This document shows, piece by piece, positions 14,640-28,418 of a stretch of 64,000 nt of DNA. Positions within the stretch are counted from its first letter, which is position 1, and each line of letters begins with the position of its first letter. A program made the translations under genes and the position numbers. Origin of the DNA: Chrysomallon squamiferum (Eukaryota > Animalia > Mollusca); NCBI GenBank assembly GCA_012295275.1, contig CM022670.1:10478001-10542000 (forward strand), given 5' to 3'. The notes below the pieces were generated by a model that ran no database searches, was not told the DNA's origin, and saw nothing but the letters and a program-made list of their open reading frames with translations.

Positions 14640-15130
14640 AAAAAAGATGCAAATAAAGTTGTTGTTTCTATGGCAACATTGAATTTAACTCCTGAGTGTG
14701 AAGAATGAACGGAGATCTTGATTTGACAGTTAAAATAAAAAGTGTAGCAATGACAGAGCTTTTTCCTTTTAAGTCTTTTCTCTAAAGAGTCGTATTTTAA
14801 AGAATAGGAGACATGATTTCGATTATAGGTAGAATGTAATGATCCTTAATCAACAAGGAGAGAAGGGAAAAAAAAATAACGATAAAGATTATCTCACCCA
14901 GTCAGACAAACTGGTAATTGAGACCGTCTCATTTGCATAACCTCGTTTTGCGTTATCTCCCTTCATTTCAATATTTTGAATGGAAGTCGAGGCAGAATGG
15001 TTTCGTATGATCAATGCTTCTAACAAACAGATAATTCCCCCGTGATGTCACAGTCATCCGTTTCTAGGGAAGTCATTTATTACAAAGAACACATATATCA
15101 AAGTTAAATGACCGCCATTTTGTTAACGAA
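14640..15130. promoter_or_regulatory. Candidate regulatory island with octamer, X-box and YY1 motifs
   Basis: ATGCAAAT 14647-14654, GTTTCTATGGCAAC 14664-14677, ATTTGCAT 14931-14938, CCGCCATTTTG 15112-15122. Confidence 0.35.
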
Positions 15131-18100
15131 ATAGAACGGTGACTGTTATGTTTGATTTACAGAACGAAAATTGTGGGTGTCTACGGAACTGAAGGAAGTT
15201 TGTTATGTAATATTTTCTTTGTTTCTAATTTTAATAAGGTAACGGTTCGAATCCTTATTCAAGCCCAGAATTCATAGCCAAAATTGAAATGTTAGATATA
15301 TATATAGCCAAGACTGAAGATATTATTTATTAGATCTACAAAACTAATTGTAATAAGCTAACATAATTATCAACAATGACACCATCAGGCCAACACAAAA
15401 GCTACCATGGACCCCATACCTTACCTGCCTCTTCAACCAGGCGGACAGTAACGTCACACAGTGGAAGATAACTTACAGACAGAATTAAAGTTGTATCTCT
15501 AATAACAAATGCATGTGAGGTAAAATGTGCATTTTAGGTAAATGGGCATTGCTATGAAACTGCTTGAGCAACTGATTCTCATGGGATAAGCTTATGTTTG
15601 ATGTTGCATTATTTGAAATTATATCTGTGCGATGAATTTATATTTTGTATTTTAGACTGTAAAATTATTTTATATTTAAATTTTTGATCTAGCATGTCTA
15701 AAACTTATTGCTCAAACCAGAAACTGTTTTGTTTAACTGTTGTTTCCATTAACTCGCTCACAAAAGGACCACTTTTGTTAATCTGCATTGCAAACCACTT
15801 GCAGTGTCATATTTTTAAGTGAAAGCCAGTTTGCCCCAATACTCGGGTTTTAAACCATTTGCATAACAAAGGATATTGTGCCTATAATAATGGTGCATTT
15901 TGCATTTTATGGTACTTATTAAATAAATTTACTGATTTATATTTATTTCTCAAAATATGTTTTCAAAAATCGAAGTGGTAACTTTCCAATTTATTTATTT
16001 ATTTTTGGCGGGTGGTTGTGGGGGGTAACAGAAACTAGTCCGGCATGACCCTGTTTACATACCAACCTCATTTACATACAAGAAAAATACATTACTTAAA
16101 TTTTGAAATATATAAAGAAAAATTTGTATATTTAAACTTCGTTTTAATTTTATTTGATTTTCAAATTCATTTAAAAAGAACGAGTGCAGCTGAAAGATGG
16201 AATTTTACGATTGACGATTAACAAACGTCACGTGCATTATGACACTTGTTTACCTTCAGAAGCAATTAAAACGAAAGCGTCCTTCACCTGATGTATCGTA
16301 CTTGAGGCCCCAGAACCTCTTCGCCTAGAACCATTCCAAATGAATCCCTCAAGTCGCTTATTGCAAATTGCAAATCAAGGCTGTTTTCCCTTCTCTGCTT
16401 TATTAGACATCATAAGACGCCACAGGCTTTCAACTGATGTACTAATTAAAACATCAATACATGAAAACTTAGAGTCCCATTCTAAGCATGCACGGAAACG
16501 ACTGGTAGAGGAAAACAAAATTGAATCTGTACCGCACGTAAGCATCTGAATAGAAAATTCCCCAGTCTAAGCTGACTGCATTTGACAGGAACCGATTAGA
16601 TTGTCAGAAGGGAAATTCGGGATAACTTCAACTTGCCGTGTGCAGGCCTGCGACTCGGAATATGCATCAGCCAACATTAAACCACTTTGTATCGCGGACG
16701 AGGTGAACTTTTTTTTTTTTTTTTAATTTGTAAACAGAAATTTCGCCTTTGGCTGGTTCAGTGTTTAATACAATTCAAAGACAAGAAATAAATTAAACTG
16801 AACAGAATTTGTCAGTCTGATATCTTTTGTGTTTCACAGTGGGAATAACAAATATGATTATTATATTGTATTGTATTCTATCATATTACAAAGTAATTAA
16901 AAAAATTTAAAAAAAATCTCTGAATATTTTTTTAAATACATAATTTTCAAAATTTCAGAATTTAATTTTAAAAAATGCAGCATTGTTCTTTATATGTTCT
17001 ACATCACGGGTTTGAATCAAGTCTGTTTTATAACCTAGCGACTGGAACCAAATACAAATTTATTATTTTATTATCCACAGCGTATCAACTGACAAGCTTT
17101 AAAGTCAGTCATAGTTCTAAAAATTCACCCAGCATTTTTTCAGTTATAAACTCTACCTTGCATACGAAATCATCTTTGTAGTTGTTTCGGTTCTACCAGA
17201 TGTAAATTTATACATACAAGATATAAACTTGGCATCACTGTCTGATAAATGTGATTCTGATTTCTGTATAGTATTTTAATCAGATTTCAAAAGTTGATAT
17301 TAAACATTAAAGACATTCGTGTACTTAGAAAGTGTTTTTATCTTTTCTTGACTAAAGCTAATAAGGTGATGTGAAGTTCGTGTTTTTTCTTGTTTTGTCT
17401 CGATGACGTTATGAACATGAAGTCCACAGGTTAGCCAGAGTCCTTGTACAAAAAAAAAAAAAATTGCCATGGGCGGAAAATACAACAGAAGAAAATTGCA
17501 TATGGCCACCTGGAGTGACTTTGAGGTGTCAGCTTACTGCACATTAAAGACGCCACCTTTTCAAAGGGAAAGGTTTTCGAAAAAGCTCTGAGCTGGCAAT
17601 TACCATCTAATTTAACCTTTCCTCTAGCTTCCTCTAAGAGCTGACCAGTAATGAAATTAATTTGGTATCATTGCTTCCACTAAGCTCTGAAGTGCAGGTG
17701 CAACTCTGCTTCGTGTCCGCGTTAGCCAGATGTCCACTTAAGTGTTTGCAGAACCGGACACATGCTTCTTTGAAACATCTTGGTAAACTGGTCACCTCGA
17801 ACACTCGTTTCCTCTTGGACGATTCTGAAGTCTTCTGGAAATGATGATGTTGTGATGATGAGGTCGGAGTTTCGAAAATGCATCACTTGCATCATCCACG
17901 CTTTTTTGTGAAACGTGTCTGTGCGTAGGTACGAGCGTGCGTGCTGAGCATATGTATGTGATTTTTTTTTTCCAGTTCATTCTGAATAAAAGTATTTTAT
18001 TATTAAATTTTATGTATTTGTTTATTTAGTTTCATAGGCCTTATTATTCCATTTATTTAATAATTGTTCTTTCAATATGTCATTCATTTATTGTAAATGT

Positions 18101-19046
18101 TTTTCTTGCTGAAAATGTACAGTTGATTCAATCTGGTGTCACTGTAACTTTTGATTAGCCAGTATAATGATCACCTTCCTACAAAATATGATATTATTTT
18201 TTATAAATACTGCATTGCACAGCATGCACATACATATTTAATAATTTTCACTATTTCAGTTTAATGTCAAATGTCAATAAATGTTAGGTTTTTTTTATTA
18301 ATAATCCCATCTAAACTGAATATTTTAAAGTTAGACAAGAAATCTAATTTATCTGACTTAATAAATCTGCACTGACATTTATCGTGTATTGTTCTATTAT
18401 AAAACGTGATTTATATGTCGAGTTTTCTGTAATCGGTAATAAAGAACAAGTTATAATGGGGTTTTTTAAAATTGTTTCAAAGCTTTATTTTATATATTTC
18501 ATTTTGGTCTATCTTAAAATGACTTTTATTTTTTATTTCTATTTTTTTTTTTATGATTCAGATACGTGCGCAAATAAATATCCTTTTTCATAAAATTAAT
18601 TGTTTGTAATAGCAGAATGGATTTAATAAACGATTGTCCTCTCTTTCCAAAACAAGTGATGTAACAATAGACAGAAAGGAAGACAGAAAACGAAACAAAG
18701 AGGAACGACAGGACAAGAAGAAAGACATATCCAGAACTAAACGTACAGAGAAGACAAGAAATATGAAACTGGAGAGAAGAATAGAAATAAAAAGAAAGAG
18801 ATAACACTGAGAATGTCTGTGTTACACACAGAACTACTGCCAATCCCAAACAAAACAAACGAAAGAGAAATTATTTTTTAATGTTCTTCTTCGTCCTCTA
18901 AGCAAATTAATACACGTTATTATAATCAGTATGAAAAATACGTCCGATACACCGATCTCGACTTGACAGTTTATTTATAGTTTATTATATAAGAGTGTGT
19001 TATAAAACTATGTGGTCTCAACTCTTAAGAAAAAAAATGTTATAGT

Positions 19047-19212
19047 CCTGCATTATTTGTTATTTATTAATGTATATAGATGTGACATAAAGTTTTACGG
19101 TCTGAATTCAAAGATTAAAAATTAGATTTTTTTAATATTCCTGCAGTTTATTTATTTATTAATGTATACAAGTGTGACATAAAATAATATGGTCTGAACT
19201 CTGAAAATAAAA
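19047..19212. repeat. Diverged tandem duplication, ~93 bp period
   Basis: cctgca...tatttattaatgtata..a.tgtgacataaa.....ggtctgaa begins at 19047 and at 19140. Confidence 0.85.
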
Positions 19213-19569
19213 ACAGCATTACGCACATCAGATTCTGTCAGTGACTCTTGCCAAGACCAACGATTTATGTTCTGAGTGCCAGGAGTTCTTTTTGTATTGC
19301 ATTATCTTTAAAACTATGGCCACTGTGACCGAAACTGCACCACGATTTCCCGTTTTTACTAATTTCTGATTATTGCAATAAATAATAATGAAATATTACG
19401 CGCCGACATATCGGGCTGGCATGAACTGCGTGAATTAAGCAGCGCCACGAACCGCAAAGGCTACGCACTGGGTTATTTTCTGCAGGATAACTCAATTATT
19501 CTACTCGTCTTTCCATTAAGCAAGACGTGAAAGTCCGGAATATCGTAATCAAGTTTTGAAATAATACTA

Positions 19570-19612
19570 GTAACCATGGTAACGTGAAGTGGATTAGCCT
19601 CGACTATAAAAA
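19570..19612 (+). promoter_or_regulatory. X-box followed by GGATTA and a TATA box
   Basis: GTAACCATGGTAAC 19570-19583, GGATTA 19591-19596, TATAAAAA 19605-19612, all downstream of a CpG-rich patch at about 19395-19470. Confidence 0.35.
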
Positions 19613-20764
19613 GGTTAAAGTCACAAATAATATATTAAGACTTTGCTTATCAAGGTTTTTCGTACGAAACTGGAAAGTAATTCCATTTTAAGACGAATTT
19701 TCACATCATGGTCGTTTGACTTAGCCAGATCCTGGCGCAAATGTCTGCTTCGTCTGTGGCCGAGGAGAAACAAGAATTATAATGTTTACTTATCAACAGG
19801 GAATAGGAACATAAATCTGCTTTAGACTGCTCAAAATCTATGTACAGTTTATCTGACCTTTTATATGATTACATCAGGTATATCCGATAACTATAAATAT
19901 CATTTCATGTTTATGTAAATTAGTCTGTCTGTTTGTCTTGTGTCTGTGTGTTTGTAATCATGTTATAAAAATGTTAACGGTACACTTGTCTTGCAGTCAG
20001 TTATTTGACAAGTGAGTCGAGTGTATTTTTTTTTCCAGTGTATTTAAACATTGTGTACAATACAAAGCCTATGGTACATTACAGAAAGAAGGACGATTAA
20101 GCTAATAAGACTGTGTATTTTTCAGTTAGTATTACTAAACATAATTTCTATAAAATAATAATAATAATAATAATGTAAAAATTCAAATGATGACGAAAAT
20201 GATGATGATAATAATAATAATAATAATAATAACTATGTAAAATGATGATGATAGTGATAAAATGATTGATTAAACTTCTCGAAATACGTTTTTATGTTTA
20301 TTTCTATTTTTATATATTTTTTTTTTTTGTTAGTGTTGTTATTATTAAACCTCAAATGTAACGTTAACAAATCACCATTGTATTACTGATCTTAAAACAA
20401 ATGGATAAAGTAAATATATCGCATTTAGCAAAACGATGTCTGGAATCCCAAATGATAAACGCTTTCACAAGTTTGTTAAATTTTGTCTGGCGACTTGCAC
20501 TGGCTTTGACCCGTTGCTTACTTGACTGTTTGCTTGGTTGATTGGTTCTAAATTAGCCAGTTATTTGGTTGTATAGTTGCCTGATTTGTTTCGATATTGG
20601 TGAGTTTGAAACGAAGTTTTATTGTTCTGTCGCAGACGAGTTTCGAATGAAATGTCTCAAAGCTGGTTGCGGAAACTGACGTGTGAAAAAACGGTTTAAC
20701 TGGAATTTAAACATGGCATGAAGACCTCTGATCTGTAATGCTTTTAGAACGTAGTTTTTTTAAT

Positions 20765-20884
20765 TTATCAGTCTGGCTGTCTTTTTATCTGTCAGTCTCT
20801 TTCTATCTATCTGTCTGTCTGTCTTTTTACCTAACTATCTATCTATCTTTCTGTCTGTCTGTCTATATATTTTTCCATCCATCC

Positions 20885-20927
<43 letters not shown>

Positions 20928-21005
20928 CATCTATCTATCTGTGTCTGTTTGTCTGTCTGTCTGCCTGTCTATCTATCTATCTATCTGTCTGTCTATCTGT
21001 CTGTA

Positions 21006-21040
<35 letters not shown>

Positions 21041-21070
21041 ATATGTCTTTCAGTCTCTCTGTTCGTCTAT
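20765..21070. repeat. Compound (CTAT)n/(CTGT)n tetranucleotide microsatellite
   Basis: Read directly from the sequence. Confidence 0.95.
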
Positions 21071-22477
21071 CGTGGGTGAGATATAAAGATCTGTCGTTCA
21101 AACTTAATTTACTTATAAACTGATTTTTATTTTTTTTTAATCAGTAGGCCTGCAAGGAATGTTTTTTTGTTGTTGTTTCTTTACAAAAAATAATAACAAT
21201 AATCATAAACAACAAACAGTTTGATTGTATAGTTTTATCAGATGAAGAAGGATAGCTGTCAAAAATGGTTAAACTGGATAAAGAATTAATACAATAATTG
21301 ATGGCCCACTTTCACATCAGCTGTTCGTTTTGCAGATCTCAACGATAACAAAAACACACCATCATTTTCTGCTCCTCTGCCGCTACATGATAAATTGTTT
21401 ATTCTGTTTTTACGAATAAAATTGGGCTGAAAACATTTTAATGTTGCAGAGAAAAAGATATATGTTTAGAGACTGGAAAAAGTGGATTCTATTTTCGTCA
21501 CTCGGTTGAGGCAAGTTTGGTGTGGTAGTGATTAAGAGAACCTCACATTCGAAGATACGTGAACAAAGAATTTCTTTAATAATTATATTGATCATCTTTG
21601 TCATTATTATTTTTATAATAATATTATTATTATTATTATTGCTTAATTTTACTTTATTTTATTTACTTACTTATTCACACTATTACTTATTCATTTTTTT
21701 ATTTGATCTGCTTGCTTATTTATTTATTATTTCATAGTGAATTTTCCTAAAAATAAAATTCTTTTTTTTTTTCTGCATTAAAACAGAATATATTTTGCAA
21801 TAAACAAGAAGAAAAGAGAAATTAGAGAAATGACCTGTTTTCAATAATGTGTTTTTGTTGTTGTTGTTTATGTTGTTGTTTATTTTGTTGTTATTTTCTT
21901 CGTTGTTGCTTTGTGAATTTGGATTCTGTTGTTTTGAAAATTTCATAGATAAAAAAGAATCTCAGTACACTCAAAAACCGTACAGATTTATCTGATTTCA
22001 GAAGCAGCACCAACATTAAATTCTTTCAAAGATTTATAAAAATCGGGTATGAAAACCTAGACAGCTGATTGCTTTGTTCTTCATTGTTTGCGGGATAGCC
22101 CGACTTAGCCGTACGGGAAAATAGTTTAATAAATAAATATACTGTCCTTTATTCTCAAGTGTCCTTTAAGAAGGGGTTTATTTCTGCAAAGCTTTCTACG
22201 TAATATTATGGTAAAGCAGTAAAGTCTTTTTATGAGAACTGAATCTAATAACTGGAAGCTGGTAAACTTGGAGGTGTTATATGGAAATGTTGTAATTATT
22301 CCTAGCATTTCCCAGCATCAACATTGCCTCATTTATAAACGTCATTTGTTCCGAGTTGGCTTTTTTTCTGTACTGAACTGATTTATTCCATCACATTTCA
22401 CACAGGGCTGGAGTAATAAGAGTAACATCTGATATTTCTCAAGTTCTGTTTCTTCTAGTGCAGGTGTACCACTGCTG

Positions 22478-22478
22478 T

Positions 22479-22567
<89 letters not shown>

Positions 22568-22650
22568 TTAATACTACTACTATTAACAATAATAATATTA
22601 ATAATAATAATAATAACCATAACAAAAGCAACAACAACAACAACAGCAAA
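22478..22650. repeat. (TAC)n-(AAT)n-(AAC)n compound microsatellite
   Basis: Read directly; source of the poly-S and poly-V ORFs. Confidence 0.95.
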
Positions 22651-23595
22651 AACGAATTCAACATATCAATTCAACTTATTTGGGTTATTTACTAGAGTAA
22701 TTTATTGTTTATTTTTATTTATTTTTATTTTTTATTTTTTATTTATTTTTATTTATTTTTATTTTTTATTTTTTATTTTATTTTATTTTATTTTTTTTTT
22801 TTTTATTCAGAAGAGGTTCTTATTTCTTTCGTTTTTCATCTCAGAATTTTTTTTTTCTTTTTGTATAAATTTTTACCCCGTCTTTTCTGGGTTTTTTTTT
22901 TTTTTTTTGTTTTTTCATTTCTTTATTTTAGTTTTTCTAGTCCTTGTTCACGAGACGTCTGAAATGCATTTACAACGTCATTCGCTTTCTGCCTTCGTCT
23001 CAACCTCGCCGTTTGCCGCTCTTGACGGTAACCAACATTTCGTGACGCATCATAGACACACGGGGAGGATTTTGTAATCACCACGTGTCATAAGCACGTG
23101 ATTAAACGCTGAAATTGACCAGAAGAAAGTGATTTATTTCGTTACGGGCTGATGCGCCAAATTGCTGCATTATCCCAAAGATTACGAACAAATCTCTTTT
23201 AAAACTCAAAAACTGCCTTTCGCTAAAAAACCTATCGCACACAAGGAATTATTTGGCGTTTTTGTAAGAATTGCGTAATATCTTTTGAAATTATTCCAAA
23301 ATTGCTTTTTCCCAAAATGTCATCTTCGGAGCTTCGGGCTTGTAATTAAACTCCATATCTAATTAGATGTGCGTTGCAATGAACGCCCAGAGACTTTCCG
23401 TAAAGTGTCATCAAATAAAAAAAAAAAATCATTTTTTTTTTGTTTTTATTTTTATTTTTATTTTTTTGTCAAAAGACAATAGTGTAATAGTACACTGAAG
23501 TAATAACTAAAGTTTCGCTAATTAAAGTTTCTAAGTATTTATAATAATAATAATAATAATAATAGTTTTATTATTGTTGTTGTTGTTGTTGTTAA

Positions 23596-23635
<40 letters not shown>

Positions 23636-24015
23636 TATTGATGCTATACATGCATAGAGTGTTATTCTTTTTTTCTTCTTTTTTTTTTGTAAATAAATTA
23701 AAAGACAAGTAAGAAAACTTTATATCCGTCGAAAAAAGAAAAGGAAAGTATCCGACAAAAACCAACGATGTAGTCACTTAAGCAAAGATGTAATGAATTC
23801 TGTAGTAATCTAATTAAAATTGTAGGAACCTCGAAATAATTTAATCGACGTTTTAGTGAATTAAATAGCATATAATCCTTAACTAATGCATTTTTTTTTA
23901 GTTTTAATAAAGATTGTAATAAGCTGTCCAGTATTTTAGTAATTTTACGACTAACTTTTCAATATGTGGAGAATTGTTTTTAATTTTCTAAATCGGGTAC
24001 AGATTTTCATAGTGC

Positions 24016-24434
24016 CGTAACCAAAGCTGTTGTGATATTTGTACGAACGTAATCTAATGTCTAGTGATTTTCATTTTAACGTAATCAAAGCTGTTGTGAT
24101 TTTGTACGAACGTAATCTAAAATCTAGTGATTTTCTTTGTAACGTAACCAAGGCTGTTGTGAATTTTGTACGAACGTAATCTAATGTCTAGTGATTTTCT
24201 TTTTAACGTAATCAAAGCTGTTGTGATTTTGTACGAACGTAGTCTAATGTCTAGTGATTTTCTTTGTAATGTAATCAAAGCTGGTGTGATTTTTGTACGA
24301 ACGTAACCTAAAATCTAGTGATTTTCTTTGTAACGTAATCAAAGTTGTGATTTTTGTACGAACGTAACCTAAAATCTAGTGATATTTCTTTGTAACGTAA
24401 TCAAAACTGTTGTGATTTTTGTACTAACGTAGTC
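24016..24434. repeat. Minisatellite, 63-64 bp unit, ~6.5 copies, built from two related ~32 bp halves
   Basis: Units start at about 24016, 24080, 24143, 24207, 24270, 24334 and 24396. Consensus is aacgtaatcaaagctgttgtgattttgtacg-aacgtaatctaatgtctagtgattttctttgt. Confidence 0.95.
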
Positions 24435-27400
24435 AATCCATTCACTTTCATAGAAACTGAAAGATATAATTATTTGTTTTTATTGGCCCCATATAACTGA
24501 TTTTTAATTTTTTGATTTTTTGTCTGTTTACTACTGTTTAAAGAATCTTTTCTTTTTCATATTTTAATTTGAAATCCAACAATATTTATAATCTTAATTT
24601 AAATGTGATACTTTATAATATTTCTTTTCTGATTTGGCATTATCGGTGACAGTCTAACAAATAATTTAGAGTTAGTTGCATTTTATTTAATTTTTGTGTT
24701 TTAAATACATGCCAGAAGAAATTTTATCAGGAATTTAAAAGACGATTTTTTCATAATTCAGGTTTATTATAATAAAATCAGTCGAATGTTTTCCTAATCC
24801 CATTGATCCGAAATGAAATAAAAAGCAAATCAAACTATTAAACTATTTCTAATAAAATTTATTATTTCTTTAGTAAAAACAATATCTCCATAACTAAAAA
24901 AACAAACAAACAAACAAACAAAAATAAAAAAAAAAAAAAAAAAACACACACACATTATATTTTGGAGCTTTTACTAAAAAATAATTTCGACTTTCGTTTA
25001 AAAATATATTTAAAGGAAAAATGTTTGCAACTCGTATTTCATTAATTTAATAATAACCTTGTTTTATTTCCAGTCTGTTAACATGATTCTCCCTCGCCTT
25101 TTATTCAGAATCCAAGCCTCCACAATGTTTTGTGATTTAGTGATGTAAAGTCCTGTTTGTTTTCTGAATGATTAATGAATTATCATGAACGGTTCATGCT
25201 CATCTGGGTTGTCTGCCCAAAACTGTGTTAGTGTGTTAAAGGGTTGGCAGAGAGAAGCAACTGTAATAGTCTTCATTTGCTTTGGAAGAAGCCATTACCC
25301 AATGTCGATCCGAGTTTCCATCGTTACGTTTTGGAGTCTTGTTGTTGTTTTGTTTGTTGTTGTTGTTGTTGTTGTTGTTGTTTTTTCTGGCAAGATGTGA
25401 TCCATCACGTACAAACTTTTATTCAGAAAGAGAATTTATTTCTATCACATCATAAACGTATGTGGACAAACGTGATGATTATTCAGGTATTATTATGTAT
25501 AATGTATTACATTTACTAATAATATCAGGCCAATAAAAGTATCAGAACGGTTTTTGTCGATGCTTTAGAATCTTAAACGAATACGTTTTCAGATAAGCTT
25601 TATCTCTTTTCACCACGACGTAATTCTCCACTCGCACCTTTTTCAAACCGTAAGGTTAAAATCGTTTATCTTGGCAGCATGGAACTGGAATTATCGCTTA
25701 CAGACAGTCGCTGATTGTAACTTACCCACAATTGTCGTATACGTTGAATTAGCCGCGACCTAGGTCCGTGTGTAAATTGAATAGTCTGGCTGCTTTATTT
25801 CGATAAGACAGTATCCAGGGAGTTAAGAAACACACTGGACAGAAGCGTCTGGTTTTGACAGGCACACACGCCAGTAATACACCACGTTGACGTGAAACAC
25901 ACTCTGTTTGAGCGAAAATATCTCACACGAGATATCTGGTAGAAACTAGGGACGCTTTAGTGGACGGATGGGTGGATGGGTACAAAAGATTGAAAATGAA
26001 GGTCACATACTTTTGTAAATATTACCATAAATAGACTGGTGGGTGGACGGGTGGTCTGGTCGAGATGCAGATGGAAGGATGGATGGATGAATGGAATGAT
26101 AAATTCAGAAAAGCAAAAAAAAAAATGAATTACGTATTTACACCGGGAACATTAAAAGAAGAACAAATGTGATGACTGTTGGCGATGGTATAATGTGCTC
26201 AGAAATAACTTCTTAAATGGATTAAAAGACATAAACGAAGAGCTTTCTTGTTCTTTTACCTTCGTTCAAAGCATGTCTTGTTTTGTTGTTCAGTAGTGAG
26301 AACTATTTTCAAATAAAAGTCTTCCTAAGATAATGGCTTTTTTTTTGTATTGCACATTATGTCATGAAAAAAATTCTTCATTTTTATTTTAAAGAGAAAG
26401 AAAGAAAAAAAAAAAGCATTAATGAGTGCGTCATATATATGCCGACATTCAGTTTTTTAATAATTTTTTTCTTCTTTTTCTTCTTCTAACGTTCCTCGGT
26501 ACCGAATTGCAGTTTTAAAAAAAAGAAAAAAAAACCTACTTGTGTTGGGTGACGCCGGTTTTCAGAAAAACATTAAACTGAACTGAGAGACTTTTTTTTT
26601 ATAAAACAAAGTGACAGAGATGATGAAGGATCTCCAAAAACGACAAAAAAATACGTCATTCCAGAAATAAAAGAATGCTTGGATGATTCTGTGAATAAAG
26701 CTAGGAGAAGAAAAAAGCAAAATAAACAAAAGCTACTCAGTAAATCAAATTAATTTTGTGGCCAGTAATTACAGTACTTTATGACAATGTCAGAATTGGC
26801 ATCCGTGATGCAGTGGTCTTGTTAGTGTGCTCAGAACTGAGAGGTCTTTCTGAGTGATATCAAAAGCTGTAATGTCAAACACTGGCATTCGCCTTTCAAA
26901 ACCACGTCATTTCTTTTTTCTTTTTTTTAATAAAAATCTAACTGCATGTAATCCGGTCAGTTTTAATTATAAATTAAAATATTTTGTAAAATAATAAAGT
27001 ATATTTTGATTTCTTGTTCTTCGGAAATATATATATATATATTTACGACATATTCATTAGAGTTTTGACATTACAAAATTACAAACAGTATGAAAGAATA
27101 TGAAAACACGTCTCTCAGTTAGAAAAAAAAAATATGAAATTCCAGAAAATGAAGACGACAGTTTTGAAAATATTCTGAGTTGCGAGACATGTAATGAAAG
27201 AGTCATTCAGAACGGAAATTAAGTGGGGCAAAATATTTTATGATGATTAGGCTGCGGCCTTTATGTGACACCAGTCATTGTACATTGTATTATAAACAAG
27301 TGAGGCGAGATTCGTGAAATAACAGTCAAATAAAACAAGCAAGCGAAATTTTCAATCTTAGAACTCTTGTGTTTGTAATGTCAATAAAATAAATAAAATT

Positions 27401-28384
27401 TAATATCAGTCATATTAAACTATTAATTTTGACAGCTGTTTGTATTTAATTGTTTTATTTTTATTATTGATTAATTAATCAAATTACATTTATTTTTTTA
27501 TATATACTTTTAGAAACTGGTATTATTTATTTTATTTCTGTAAATTAAGTAACACAAATATTGTTGTATAACATTTTAAATAATTTCCGTTGAATAACAT
27601 TGTTATTATTATTGTTATTGTTGCTGAAGCTTGGTTATAGGTATTGTTAATGATGATTCAGAAAAATTGAATTTAGGGATGTTTATTTGGTGGATGGCTT
27701 CTTTTATTTAATTCTGAACACTTTTAATTACGTTCAGTTGAGAATTATTTATTTCTGTTCGTGTGGAGACATTGCGAAGACCATTTTGTTTGTGCTAAAT
27801 TCAATTACCGTTTCTCTTTCTCTTTCAGCAGACTCTGTTTATTTGAATTAGGTTAACTTATAGTGTCCACTTATGGTGTCCAGACAAAGCCACTGGTCAT
27901 TTTATTCACGAAAGAATGTTCAGCGTGAACTGTGACTTCGAAAACATCGTTGACCTGAGAATTCAATTCGTGTGCTTGGTCAAAAACCGGAATAGAACTT
28001 GCAAACACGCAAACTCGTTTGAAAAACATCAATTTGCACAAATGTATGTGATATTCCCTGGAAAGAAAACTTCTGAAGCATTAGTAACAGGAGCCGCGTT
28101 CTCCCCGCGCAGGCTTCTAGCCCAAATCCAGCCGGTGGAATTACCGTGTTTGCTACAGCGGAAGACGTTTGATTGAATTCGCCAACTTATTCGGCAGGGA
28201 TCTGTCCCATCGAAGACTGAGTAAATATTAATGTCGAGCATCTTATGAGCCTTTTCAAATCGCCAACACGCGTCTGGATTTCACTCGTAATTGAAGAAAT
28301 GGCATCTAGGTTTGCGAGAAGCGTGATGAAATCATGAAATTGGCCCAAAGACATGGTTAATTCTCTCCTCTTGAATTTCTTCTA

Positions 28385-28418
<34 letters not shown>

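Noticed and set aside
15233-15259. GGTTCGAATCC, a perfect tRNA T-loop/B-box within a small hairpin
   Set aside because: There is no A-box, D-arm, anticodon arm or acceptor stem upstream, so it is not a tRNA. At most it is an isolated B-box or a SINE scrap.
16290-16549. Non-repetitive plus-strand ORF ending near a CAC|GTAAGC donor
   Set aside because: There is no good upstream acceptor in frame and no recognisable protein; the length is compatible with chance.
22091-22126. cccg...cggg hairpin followed by atagt, like a Helitron 3' end
   Set aside because: The stem is only about 4 bp, there is no CTRR terminus, and no matching 5' end was found.
24016-24434. CRISPR-like periodicity (also at 61653-62140)
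   Set aside because: The units are contiguous tandem copies without unique spacers, there are no cas genes, and the context is eukaryotic.
26798-26861. tRNA-like SINE head (ccgtgatgcagtggt...gagaggtc...)
   Set aside because: An A-box-like word is present, but no B-box and no body or tail can be recognised.
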